Shown here piece after piece: positions 38,837 to 52,401 of a stretch of 64,000 bases of DNA (the stretch's first letter is position 1; each line of letters begins with the position of its first letter). Source of the DNA: Octopus bimaculoides (Eukaryota); contig NC_068984.1 in assembly GCF_001194135.2 (NCBI RefSeq), positions 20,617,526 to 20,681,525 of the forward strand. Direction: 5' to 3'. The notes beneath the pieces are model-generated. The model saw nothing but the letters and a program-made list of their open reading frames with translations, had not been told where the DNA came from and did not search any database. The translations under genes were made by a program, and so were the position numbers.

Positions 38837-40199
38837 TAAATATATAAATACCTGTAGACAAGATACTTTAGTTTGCTAATGTTAAGCTATTGGCCTGCCA
38901 ACAGGTATAATTTCTATTTCATGCTTTAATGGTTTATAGCAGCTGGAAGGGACATCCAAGTAGTAGAAATACTAGCTCCAGTAATATATAATTGCCCAAA
39001 TTTACATAAATTGTCCCATCCCATCTCATCCCATCCCACTCATGTAAACTGTAAAAAGAAAAAAAAAAAACCAAAACATGTAAGGGATGGAGTAAACACA
39101 TATAAAAGATGTATGTGTATGTGTGCATGTGGGTGGTGGTAAGTACAATGTGCTGAAATAGCAGCAGCGGCAGGGCAAAAGCATTAATAATACTGACCTA
39201 CTTTGTAACAACCATACACCACCAATATTGTCACAAAACAGTCATTTTCTTGCCTTCTTTTTGAAAATTACATAGCTTTCTCCTAAGGGGTCAAAGAACC
39301 TAATTGTTAAGTTGACCTTTCATTTCAGGTCTACTGCGACATAATAATATTGACCTTCTTTGTAACAAAAAAAAAAAACAACTTAAAAAACAAATGAGAC
39401 CAAAACAAAACAAACCAACAAAGATACTGCACAACTCTAGAATTTCCTGATCCTTTAAGTTTCATAATAATTGAGTGGACTAAATACTGAAATAGCACCA
39501 ATTTTGTAATACCTTTGTTATGAAGTTATAAATAGGACAGACTTAAGGATTAACCTGGTTCTTCTTTTTTTTTTTTATCTTTTTGAAATAATGATGATTA
39601 AGATGTATAAAGTTTCAGCATCATCATCATCATCGTTTTAATGTCTTCCACTTTTCTATGCCTACATGGGTCAGATAGAATTTGTTGAAGAAGATTTTCT
39701 ATGCCCAGATGCCCTTCCTCTTGTCAGCCCTCACATATTTTCAAGCAGGGTAACATATCTCCATGGCCAGACATGTTCTTCACAGAAGAATGGAAATGAA
39801 TGACATCACTTGTATGACTTGATGGTAAGACAAGGACATACACACACACAATATATGTATATATGCATATATGATGGGCTTCTTTCAGTTTCTGTCTATC
39901 AAAGCCACTCACAAGGCTTGGTCCAGGGCTATAGAAGAAGACACTTGCCTAAGTGTTTGTGCAGTAAGACTGAGTTCAAAAACACATGGTTGGGAAGGAA
40001 GTTTCTTAACTACACAGTTGTGCCTGCATCCCAAAAAACATAAGAGAAAACAACAAACAAAAATGCAAATCATTTTTGTGCTAGACAATTGTACTACATA
40101 AAATCATTAGTGGCATTAAGTCATTTACATAATTGTCAGGAACATGATGCAAGTGAATCCTGAAAAACCCAGTTGTTTATATGAAGAAGTACTAATAAT

Positions 40200-40925
40200 T
40201 GATTCCAATTTAGGTACAAGGCTAGAAATTTTGAGGGGAGGGATCAGTCAGTTACAGATATATCAACAGGATTAAAACTCTGAGTATAAAGAGCTAGAAC
40301 AAATGCTGCAAGGGATTTTTTTTGAGGCTCTAAATGAATCTGATAAGCTGCCATATTAAGGAGTATTAATGGTGTTTTCAAATCTGGACGCAAGACCAGT
40401 AATTTTGAGGGGAAAGAGTTAGTTGATAGCATCCAACCAGTACTTGACTGGTACTTTGTTTCATTGACCCCCGAAAAGATGAGAAGCAAAATTGACCTTG
40501 TCAAGATTTGAACTCAGACCATAAAGAGCAGGAACAAATACCAAATGCCATAAAGTATTTTCCCAATTCTGGCATATTGTCACCTTAGGAAGAAGGCCAG
40601 CAATTTTTAGAGGGAGAAGGTGAGTTGATTACACTGACCTCTGCTAAACTGGTACTTATTTTATTGACCCCTGAAAGAAAGAAAGGCAAAGTCAACCAAG
40701 GCAGAACTTAACTCAGAATAAAAGAGCTGTAAGAGACACTGTTAAGCATTTTGTCTGATGCACTAAGTATTCATAGCTCACCACTTCAAGTTCTAATAAT
40801 GGTTACAAATTTTGGCACAAGGCCAGCAATTGTTGGGGAAGGTAGAAGTCAATTACATCAACGACAGTGTGACCCCGAAAGAATGAAATGCAAAGTTGAC
40901 CCTAATGACATTTGAACTCAGAATT
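40200..40925 (-). mobile_element. Four same-orientation degenerate family-2 copies, about 200-bp spacing
   Basis: An ACAAGGCCAGCAATTTTGAGGGG-like motif recurs at about 40212, 40388, 40592 and 40815. Confidence 0.65.
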
Positions 40926-43665
40926 TTTCTGGTGCGTCTACCAAGTTTTCATGCCCAAGACACACCTAATGCTATAAACAGTGTTGCTACAATTCAATCA
41001 AGACTTGGGGGCTCAAAGCAAGGCAAGTAACAAAAGCATTAGTGTTTCACTCCTTGTTGCAAATCTACTAGTTTTGATTTATTTGTTTTCAACAAACTTT
41101 TTAAAGTTGTTGAGCTGAAGCAAAGCTATCTGATCAGTGATGCAACATAGATAACAAGGCTTCTTATTTCAATCACCTGCAAAGTATTTTTAGAAAGAAA
41201 AAGTAACAAGAAATGTAACTCCTGGATATTTTCTTTAAAATATTTCACACGTGATTGAAATAAACTTATATAATTAACCCAAGAGCGACTCTTGGCACAT
41301 AAATCAAAACATTTTAAGAATCAAATTGCTATGAAATTGATGTGGGCTACATATAACATGTGCATACCCTCTTTCCAGCTGTCTTCTATATTTTTTTAAT
41401 AAGAAAGTTCCAAACAAAGTAGCCACTTAATGTAAGAGACTATGAAGATGGAAGAATTAAGACAAGAGTTCAAGTCATAATTAAAGATTTATGTCAAAAT
41501 CTGGTTTGTTATCACAGGACACCCCTTCCTGGTGCCAACCCCCACTTGTTTCTGAATGAGGTAGAAATCAGCCCAGTCTATCAAACAATAAGCAGCCAAA
41601 CTTACACAAAGAACTGGAAACAAACAATAGCATTTGAATGTGACTTTTGTTTACAAAACCATTCAACATGTCAAGACGAAGGGGAAATATGAGCTTACAC
41701 AAAGACACATGCACACAAACACTCACATGCACACACAACACATGATCATAGGTTTCTTAAGTTTCTGTTTACCAATTTTACTCACAAGGAATTGGTTGAC
41801 CAGCAGCTATTGTGTAGGACATTACCAACAATGCCCACACAGTGAGATTGAACTCTCGACTACATGGTACCAAAAGTGAACTTATAAACACAAAGCCATG
41901 CCAGTACCTTAAGGCAAGGGTCGCAATCATATAACCTTTCTGTGGGGCCTCTAAGACAAAGAGAAAAAGGAGGAAGGGAGGAAGGAACCATAAATCATGG
42001 TTTATTCTCAGAATGGCAACCTGGTTTCCAATACCTGCAATAGGATGGATCATACTATAAACACCCAAGGGTCAAATGGTGGTAGTAAACTGGGCGATGG
42101 ATTAGGTGTAAGTATAGCCTGTCTGACAAGCTGCCATAGATTTTCTTTCAATTCAATTTCACACAAAAGACCAAGATTGATCCAGGTTGTAATGGAAAGC
42201 CCACAATAAAATTGAACTCAAAATCACGTGGTTGCAAAACAGGCTTCTAAACCACATAGTAATGACACTACAACCATATTTCAATGGATTAGGCAAATAA
42301 AAGCAAAAGCAACAAAGAAACAGAATACTCCCCCCTCCCAATATCTAAATTACTAGGAATCTTTATGCACATAGAAACAAAAATAATGACAACAGGTGAA
42401 AAACGTATGCATGCACACATATATACACACACGTGTGACATTATAAGTACCAGTTTCAGATGCAGGAGGAGAGGGGAGAGAAGTAGTACTTATGTCTAAT
42501 ATAATTTATATTAAAATCTTAGCAGTCAATTTATAATGTATACCTCTGTATGTATATAAGTGTGTCTGTGTTTACATGTGCATATACATACACAAAAATA
42601 AATGATAAACACATACATGAACACACACACACGTATATACATACATACATACATACATACGTGTGTGTGAGTATGTATGTTGGGAGGGAGGAATGTGGAG
42701 GAGGAGGAGGAGAGCTGTGATATGTAGTAAATGCTAAGCAGAAAGTCCACTTGAAAGCAGATATCGGTTTGTCGTTGTCTAAGAGTGTAAGCCTTAAGTA
42801 TTTACATAACTAAGGACTTCGTCAGTGTCAGAGAAACAGTTAGGTCACAGGAGTTTCAAGGAAAATTGGGGATTAGTTATGTCACACATTTCAAGATGTA
42901 GATTAGTTATGTCATAGAAATAGGTTGCACTATGACTAATTTATCTTGGTTATTTAAGAGTCAAGGGGAACACTTATGGTAATCTAAGAGTATACACTAC
43001 ACTCGTTACCTAGAAACAAAGCTTTCTTGATACAATACACACACACAACTGTATGTGAGTGTGTAGGTACACATATAAATACCCACATATACATATTTAT
43101 GCATGTTTATGTATGTGTGTATATATATTTGAGGGGTGGGGTGTATGCTAGGTATGATAAAGGGTGACCATGGTATGTCAAATGATAGTGGTTGTGGAGG
43201 TGGTTACGATAATTAAAAGTGGATTTATTACTAAATTTGTGTTTGTACTACTCCAGATAAAAACCTCCATGTTCACAGTTATATTTAGTATAGGTGTGTA
43301 CGATTATATATTTAGATTGATCTAAATAGTTTTGTAACCTATATATGTCTGAATGTATTGATAACTCATACATGTGTATGTATGTGTGTGTGTGTGTGTG
43401 TGTAGATATATATATATAAAATATAAAGCATACATAACATATATACATGTGAGTGTTTATGATTGTGATGATGATGATGATAATCATCATCATCAATATC
43501 TTTGTTACCTGAACACATGTTCAAGGTAAGTAACTTGTTGTAGCTTTGAAGATTTGGTTTGCTCAACCTCATCAGTCTGATGAAAGCAAGCAACCCAAAC
43601 CTTTGAAGTCACTGTTAACCTTTCCACGTAAAAGTTATACGCACATATACGTATATATTATATAT

Positions 43666-43828
43666 AGGCGTAGGAGTGGCTGTGTGGTAAGTAGCTTGCT
43701 TACCAACCACATGGTTCCGGGTTCAGTCCCACTGCGTGGTACCTTGGGCAAGTGTCTTCTACTATAGCCTCGGGCCGACCAAAGCCTTGTGAGTGGATTT
43801 GGTAGACGGAAACTGAAAGAATCCCGTC

Positions 43829-43876
<48 letters not shown>

Positions 43877-44094
43877 GTGTATATGTTTGTCTGTCTGTGT
43901 TTGNNNNNNNNNNNNNNNNNNNNNNNNNNNNNNNNNNNNNNNNNNNNNNNNNNNNNNNNNCGGCAAAAGAGACCGATAGAATAAGTACTAGGCTTCCAAA
44001 GAATAAGTCCTGGGGTCGATTTGTTCGACTAAAGGCGGTGCCCCAGCATGGCTACAGTCAAATGACTGAAACAAGTAAAAGAGTAAAAGAGAGT
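43666..44094 (+). mobile_element. SINE family 1, young full-length copy
   Basis: AGGCGTAGGAGTGGCTGTGTGGTAAG... with CpGs retained, internal (TA)n plus gap, and an AGTAAAAGAGTAAAAGAG tail. Confidence 0.9.
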
Positions 44095-46499
44095 ATATAT
44101 ATTTTTCTTTTTGTTGTGAGTCACTTGGCAACCTCACTAGTGTTTGTGCCATGAATAAAGGGCCAAGTATACTCTGTAAAGTGGTTGGCATTAGGAAGGG
44201 TATCCAACCACATAGCCCATGCCAAGCCAGATATTGGAGCGCATTGGATTTTTTTAAACTGTCCAAGCCATACGATTATGGAAGACAGGCTTTAAATGTA
44301 TAGTTGTGTATCATGTTGCACCCCTTTACATCAAGGAGTAACCTATCCACTCAATAAGCAGAAAGATTGGATAAAATAACTACTAGTGTACAGTAATACT
44401 GTGTTTGATACAACTGACTAAATCTCATGGAATCCTATTGAACTGTGGCCATAGCATGGTCACAGTCCTACAACTGAATCTTGAATAAAACTAGTATAAA
44501 AACATGTTGTATGAATTCAATTGCATACATGCAGTTAGACCTATCTCACCCATTCATATGTAATGGTAGTATGAAATATAGATTGTACCAAAAGGAAAGA
44601 AAAAAAAAAAAACGAGTGGGGAAATGTTTTAAGTTAGATATTTTTAATTTTTTAATATTTTTTTTTTTATAAATATTTATGAGAGACATTCCTTGACTAA
44701 AATATTATAAGTCGAAAACATATATATCAATGTTTGTGTTGTAAGATAACTTGTGTACTGTGACATCTGCTACTTTTCTTCTCGTCAACATAATCTCAAT
44801 GAAAGAACACCATAGTGGTGGTTTTGGTGTGGTTCGGACAGCATTTAGAGCAGAGCAAGCGGACAATGTGGTGTCTATACAACACATTGAACTTTGATCC
44901 AGGCTAACATGATGATGAAGATATTAATTTGAAAATTACAGCAACAACAAAATAAAATAATTTGGTCATTGCTTGAAACTTGAACCTTCTTCCTTAGAGA
45001 AATAATGTAGTGTGTTGTGCTTATTAGCAAACATTAACGTAGAAGCCTGTGACTATGTGTGTATATGAATTCAATATGAGCATATCATCTGTACAATCAC
45101 CCCTTCACCTTTTTTTGCTTCTGTTATTTCTTTGATACTAGTATGGGTTGGATTGTTCCATTTTAATACAGAGCCTTCACCATTTCATGTATGCATTAAT
45201 GTAGCAAATACCATATCTGCAATGCATACACATGTACACATGGATGCAGAGTTGGCTATGTGGTCAAAGAGTTTGCTTCACAACCACATGGTTTTGGGTT
45301 CTATCCCACTATGTAGCACAGAAAGGGAAAGAAGCTTGTTTTATATATATATATATGTATGAATGAAATTCCAACTTAGTCTGATTTTCACATTTTATTA
45401 TTTGTAACTTTTACAGTTTTACAATATTGAAATAAACTAGCATTTTCATGCATTATGCAATCATCAGATTTATGTAGTGAGAGTTGTGTTCCATAATTGT
45501 CAACACACACAACTTGCCTGAAGACCTCATGTACCTACTGGTGAAAGTCAGTGTAGCAAGAAGCTGACTTGTCCAAAATAATATATGTGTGTGTGTGTGT
45601 GTGTGTGAATAATTAAATATATAAATAAAATTCAGACCAGGATTGAAAAAAGAAAATAAATCAAAAAGAAAAAAAAAACCCTCAGAAAAAATGAAAGAAA
45701 TCAGCAACAACAAAGCTTTTGTTAAAAATAAAGTTTGAGAAATGTGAGTGACCAAACGTGTAATTAAAGGAGAGGACATTTGTTGATGAACAGCCTGTAA
45801 TTTAAACATGTTTTGGGGAAGGAGGGAGTAGTGTGGTGTTGAGGCAACAAGTTTCTAGTGAGCCTTGACATGTCATTTGATGATTTCCCAGTCCGGAAAT
45901 GGCAAGACCCTCACTTATATAGAGAATGTTTTTGGAAAAAGCATTAAAGCCACTGCTACTATTAAGTTTTCTCTTTCCCTTAGACCTTTGTATAAAAGAA
46001 AAAAATTAATTAAAAAGTCCTGCAGGAGAAGGAAAACAGTGGTGCAATTGTTTCTCAAAGACACCACATGCAACAGATGATGATGATGATGATGATATTG
46101 GTTGTTGTGGCTTTTTATGGTAATGATTATGGTAGTAGTGATGATGATGATGATGGTGATGTTGAAGGCAGTAGTGATGATGCTGATGGTGAGAAGGACA
46201 ATGGTGACGTTGAAGATGATAATAACATCTTAGTGTTTGTGAACAGTTCTGTTGAAAGAACACCAGAGTATCAGTGAGTACTGTACTACTGACACTGTTG
46301 TCGAAAGGGACACCAATCATACTAAACTACTACTGATAGCATAATACTGATTATAATAACCACAAAACTGACACCACCATACCACTAACACCTGTACGAC
46401 AAGACTAACTCTGCAGTACGCATCACAACTAGCATTGCCACTACATCACAGTTACATCTAGGTCATGGTATTAGCACCACACTAACGATACAGTACTGA

Positions 46500-46760
46500 T
46501 ACCATACTAATGATATCACAACACTAATACCATGCAATGACATCAAAATACCAATATTCGACCAATAACATCATGATAGTAATACCATATTGATGATATT
46601 ACAGAACTAATACTTGTGACACCGCAACACTAATACTACATTAATGACACTACAACACTTAATAATACTTCAATGATATCACATTAATGATAGTATAACC
46701 CTAACATCACACTAGCATAATACAATATCAGTGACATCACAACACCTAACATAATTCGAT
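46500..46760. repeat. Degenerate minisatellite, about 28-bp unit
   Basis: Recurring TAATGACATCACAACACTAATACCATA-like units. Confidence 0.65.
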
Positions 46761-49199
46761 ATTCAACGAGACAATATTCAAGATTCAATGAGACACCAAC
46801 ACAAGTACCTACAAAACCTGGATATGAGAGAGATTAGATGTAGTAGGCAAGAAAGAAAGCTGTGGTAGTACAGATATACAATACAAATGACAGGTAAAGA
46901 CATGCCAAGTTGAAGGAACCTGCAGAAGAGGAAGACCAAAGTAAACACAAGAAGCAATGAAGACTGATTTCAAAAGGCTGAACTGCAGAAAAGAGGTGAC
47001 AAAAAACTGCAACATTTGGCAAGATGTTGTACTGCAGAAGCTTGCTCAACTCAAACAAGCATAGGAAAACCACAATCATTATTTTGAGTCATATTATTAT
47101 TATTATCCTAGTATGCTGGATAAAATGCTTAGCAGCATTTTGTCTATCTTTATGTTCTGAAGTCAAATTCTGCCAAGTCATCTTTGCCTTTTATCCTTTC
47201 AGGGTTGATGAAATAAGTAGCATTGAAGCACTGAGGTTGATGTGATAGACTAGCTCCCTCCCACCAAAACTTCAAGCCTTGTGCCTACAGTAGAAAGGAC
47301 TATTATCATCCTTTCATGATGGTCATATAATCATCATTGTATGTCTTCTGTGTTTTCCTACGTTTGCAAGATGGGAAAACGGATGTAACCTGATGGTGTT
47401 GATAATGATGGAATTATAGCCACAATAATAAACAGTATCAACAAGATGATAGCCACAGTACTAGCATCCTTTCAATAATATTATGACTACAGTTTTAAGA
47501 GACCATCATTGACTGACATCAATGCACAAGAGCATACTAACATCATTAAAACATTTTTTTATGGTGATGAAAGAGATATATGTTAACTGCTTCTTCTTTT
47601 AGTCTATAAAGATAGACAGACCAGTAGAAAGGAACAAGAACGCTTTTCATATGAATAAATTAAATTAAACTTAAATGTGCACATAAATAAGATATTTATA
47701 GAAGAAAAGAAAACAATAATAATAATTTCATTAATATTCAAGTTAACTCGAAATTGACACTAAATTCACTGAAATAACTACAAACATTAAATCAACTATG
47801 GCCTCTAGCATATCAAATCAACAAGGACTAACACTATTACAACTACCATTAAAAGACAGAGACTATAAAAATCTAAAAACAGTAAAATATGAAACAAACC
47901 ACAAAACCTACAACTGCCTCATCTACTAGACCAATCAAAGTATCTCAAAAACACCAAAAGCTATTTTTGTTATTAAAAGATGTAAGACAAATTCCTTCTT
48001 ATATTGTATTTCTCTTACATGCAACTATATCTATATTATGGAATTTTAGCTTGAGGGAATGTTGAACAAATTTGTACTCAAAAGCACAAAAATATTAATG
48101 AAACAATATATCTATCCTTATAAATACTCCTTTATGACTTCATTTATGACAGTGTTTATGACTTAGTCAATTACTAAATTCATTTTTATTAATTTTTTTT
48201 ATTAAAGCTCAACTCTTTCATTACTATATTTCCGTTGAAACTCAACACTTTGTTTCAATTATTTTGTTTTTAAATAATGAAGTATTTAGTAAAATGACTA
48301 TCATTATTAAGCTAGTGTTTAGAACATAAATTAACATGAAATTTTGATGGAAAGTTTTAATTTAGATCACTTTAAAACAGAAAGTTTGTGCCATAGAACC
48401 TGGGGAGGTCTCAAGCAGCTTGGTGTCAAAAGGCTACACAACTGTTGTATATAATAGTTTTAGGACCTGACTTCTGTATGTTGGGAATATATAAAGACTG
48501 TCCATGCTCCAAACATAGCTTTGCACAGAGTACAGCTCACTTGGGAAGGAAATATTGAATAAGTACTACTGATGTGTGCTAACTTGTCTTCAGAAACCAC
48601 TCAGCTGGTGATAGATTGGCAAAATCATTAAAACATCAGACAAAATGCCTGCTGCACGTAGTTACAAACCTTTACATTTTCAGTTTAAATTGTGCTGAAG
48701 TTAACTTTGCTTTCATCTCCTCTGGAATATAAATGCCAATCAAATAATAAAGTTCATTTAATATTCCTAAAAAGCATCCTAGATGTGAGTGGAATTTTAA
48801 CAGTTGTACTTTTTGCAATTTATTCCCAAGTTGGCCCTTATCAAGTAAACTTATGGTTAAAGGATTTCAAGTTTTGACTATCTCACCTTTTTTGTTTTCT
48901 AGGAATGGTGTATCATGGATAATATAACCAATATGCTCTATTTCTAAAGAGACTAGTGTATGATTTCAAGAGTATCAAGTAATTGTTTCTAGTAACCATA
49001 CAGGTCCCCACCTCATTAGGTCATTATACTAGCGGTTAATTATACTAATTACAGTGTATTTGTCTGAAGTAGTTGAACCAGGAAATTTGCATGTCGCCTG
49101 ATCTATTGCTACAGCCAAGTATTGGATGTCTTATTTAGGAAAACTACTATTCCAACACTGTTAAACTATGAAGAAAGACAAAGAAAGACCACAAACGAG

Positions 49200-49412
49200 C
49201 CAATGAGTGAGACCTCTATATGGTCATCCAAGCTACTAGAAATAACAACCAAATCTCCCTGAATCACATTCTACTACTTGATAAGAAGAAAAAAAAACAT
49301 ATTAGATGTTTTTATTTAGAGTTGTATAGGGTAGGGGGGAGGCTAGTTCGTATCTGGAATGCCTTTAATCATAGGTCTGTTTGGCTAGGACTGACCTAGG
49401 GTTAAACAACAA
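49200..49412 (+). mobile_element. Old SINE-like family 3 (CTAGAAATAGCAGCCAAATCTCCC...CTGGAATGCCTTT...GACCTGGGGCTAAACAAC)
   Basis: Related fragments at about 4680-4740, 28090-28240, 35545-35680, 51720-51790, 53150-53520(-) and 59230-59400. Confidence 0.6.
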
Positions 49413-49449
49413 TATCACCTGACCAGAGATAAGTTTGGAACCTGTCAAA

Positions 49450-52369
49450 ATTTGACAACCACCATGTTTCGTGGTAAGAAACTTCTATTCTAACAACAAT
49501 CCTGTCCGTTAGACCCCTATCATCTCACACAATCTTCTTCCCTGGCCTTTTATTCTCCATCCCTCCGGTAGCTATAACTAGAATAGGTTTATCACAGATA
49601 AAAGAAATAATTAAAAACATCCTCACTAGCTATTATTACCACTTCCCCACATCAACTTCAATAAACAAATAAATAAAAATAAGTCTAAAAAAAATCAAGG
49701 AGCTATTAGAAATAGCAGTCATATTTCCCTCAAATTATAGCCTGCAGTCTTCAATAATAAATGAATAAATGTTACATTTATACACTATATTCAAAGAAAA
49801 ATAGATACGAAATGGTCACGAATCGAACGCTTTTGATTATGTCTGTTCGATCATGACTGACCTAGTATTAAACAACACCCACAACTACTACAAAATTAAT
49901 CATTACAACCAAAACAACAGCGACAGGGCTGGGATTAGAAAACAATAGATTCTTTCTCACACGTTTTTGACAAGACATTCACATATGGCCGGACAATGGA
50001 TCAGTGCAGAACAGGACACGATGTGTATGTGTGTGTACAAGTACAATGCGTGTTTGTTTACATAAGTGGCGTGCTAAGGCGAATTTGGGATCTTTGCATG
50101 AATACTTTAAATAACTTATTGAAAATGAAATATATATATAAAAAAAATAAGGGCGTAGAAGTAATGATGCGAGAGACTGTGATGGTGTGGATGCAAGTGG
50201 AAATGAAATAAAAAGAGAGAAGACACTGGTAGGGAATCGAAAAAGGATTGTGCGTTGAACGAAACGGGAGTCAAATCAAAACTGGACAGAGAAGAGGGGA
50301 TTGAAAGAAGGTGGTAGTTGTGGTGAAGGAAAGAAAAAATGATCAATGAAAATATACGGAACAAAATCGATAAAAGGCAGGCAAAGCTTGAATGGAGAAG
50401 AATCATTGATGAAATGAAAAACAGTAAAACGAAAATGAAACGACATAAGGGGAAGGTTTCTTTTGGCGGGGTGGGGTATGCTTGATCCTGATAGAGTTGT
50501 AGGAAGGAAAAAAAAAGTATAAATGACACTAGGAGTTTCTTTAATATTTCTTAGCTCTTTTTTGTTTGTTTTTGTACTGGGACGGCAGATGAATGGCAGA
50601 AAATGTGAATGACTGAGCAGGTTATTGAGCGAACAACTGTAAGTTGATTGTATTAATACAGGTATACATGTGCGACTGGGAACATACACACATTAACATG
50701 CAAATACAGTATGTATTTTGAAGGGCTGGTTAGTTGTTAATCACCCCCACCCCCTTGAAATAGAGGTCTCAAAGACGACAAGAATAAATATTTATTTATT
50801 AAATGATTCGTGACAGCCGGCCGGATTAATCTTTTGTAAGTGAGACAGTCCGGCCGACTGTCACGAATCTTTTTATAACACACAAACACACACCCACATA
50901 TGGTTTCTCGAGTAGCCCCCCCCCCCCAAAACCCACGACTTATTAATTTTTTTTTTTTTTTTGTTAAAGAAGATTTATGAAAGCCTGATGTTCATATACA
51001 CTCGAAAGACATGCTTAAGTATCATCATATACACGCTTTAAATAAGCAACGGCTCCGGTGTACACACCCCAATATGCATCACTGAGGTTTTTGGTACACA
51101 CAATTTTATGTGTACCACGTCTTTTATAGTGAAATACGTCACAGCGACTTAGAATTTAATTACTTGTGTATTTTGTCATCTGTTTTGCTATCTAAGCCAC
51201 AGGTGAGAAGACTGAATAACGAATTATTTTAAATTGAAAACAAAATTTGCTTTAATAAAATGAAATGAAGGGGTGGAAATTTTCCTTATAAGACATTAGG
51301 TTCAAAAAAATAAATTTTGATATCTTTTAAATACGTGATACGTTTTCACACACAAAAGAACATTCAGGTAGAATTAAATAACAGTAAAGGATTATTTCAG
51401 GTTTCTCATATACCCTTTTATAAGTATATGCAAGATAAAGACAAAATTTTTTGAAATCACATTCTTTCATGTAGTTTAAAAAATAAAATAAAATTCGACA
51501 CATGACAGAAAAACCACGATCTCCCGTGAAACGTGTTAACTGCTGCGAACCAACGAGGAGAACCTTTTACCTCTCGCTGTTTCGACATACTAGAACTAAC
51601 CGCTAAATAATCCCCTACCTAACATCATAGGAAAAAATACAAAGAATAAATTGGATTGGATAATGAAGCCCTTCTTCGCCCCCCCCCACCAACCAACAAA
51701 AATAATAGGGGAGGAATGGTCACTATTGGAACGCCTTTCATAATAGGTCTGCTTGATCGTAGCTGACCTGGGGTTAAAGAGCAACTTTTCGTCTTCATGT
51801 AAATTTGTAAAAACCACGAAAGTCCATCATCTAACAGTGATTGAATCAGTGTAGCACTTACCATAATGGAAATATACTAAACTAATTAAAAAGAAATGAA
51901 AGAATTTTCAAATTGAAAAATATAAGGCGAGAGGGAATGTCAGAATAAATGCCATGAGTTATTTTAATTACAACCCTTCGTAGTTTTTTGAGTTTAACAT
52001 TCGTCAAAGTTGTCACCTAGATGTGTTCCCTAACAGTCCCAAACAAGTTCTGGCGTCAATTTAATACTTTAATCCTCCCACAAAATTTTGTGGTTTAATG
52101 ACAATGTTAGTCGTAATCCTTTATTAGTATAACTGCTGATACTTTTTAATTCATTGTAAAATATTTTCTTTCGAGAACTTTCTTTTTTAATTTAAACGTA
52201 TTTCTCTTCCGCACTAAACCGTTGTGCTTAATGGATTTTCCCCTTAGTATGCGCGCGTATCTTTGTATGTGTGTTTGTGTACGCGTATATCTATCTATCT
52301 ATCTATACACACATATATTTATATACGCAATTCACACGCACATACATGAATGTGTGTATCAACTTTCAC

Positions 52370-52401
<32 letters not shown>

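Noticed and set aside
44790-44900. Plus-frame SGGFGVV resembling a kinase glycine loop
   Set aside because: No downstream VAIK lysine or other kinase motifs, and no splice support.
50841-50862. TGAGACAGT resembles the 5' end of lophotrochozoan miR-1994
   Set aside because: Only about 9 nt match my recollection of that miRNA, and the segment straddles loop and arm; likely coincidence.
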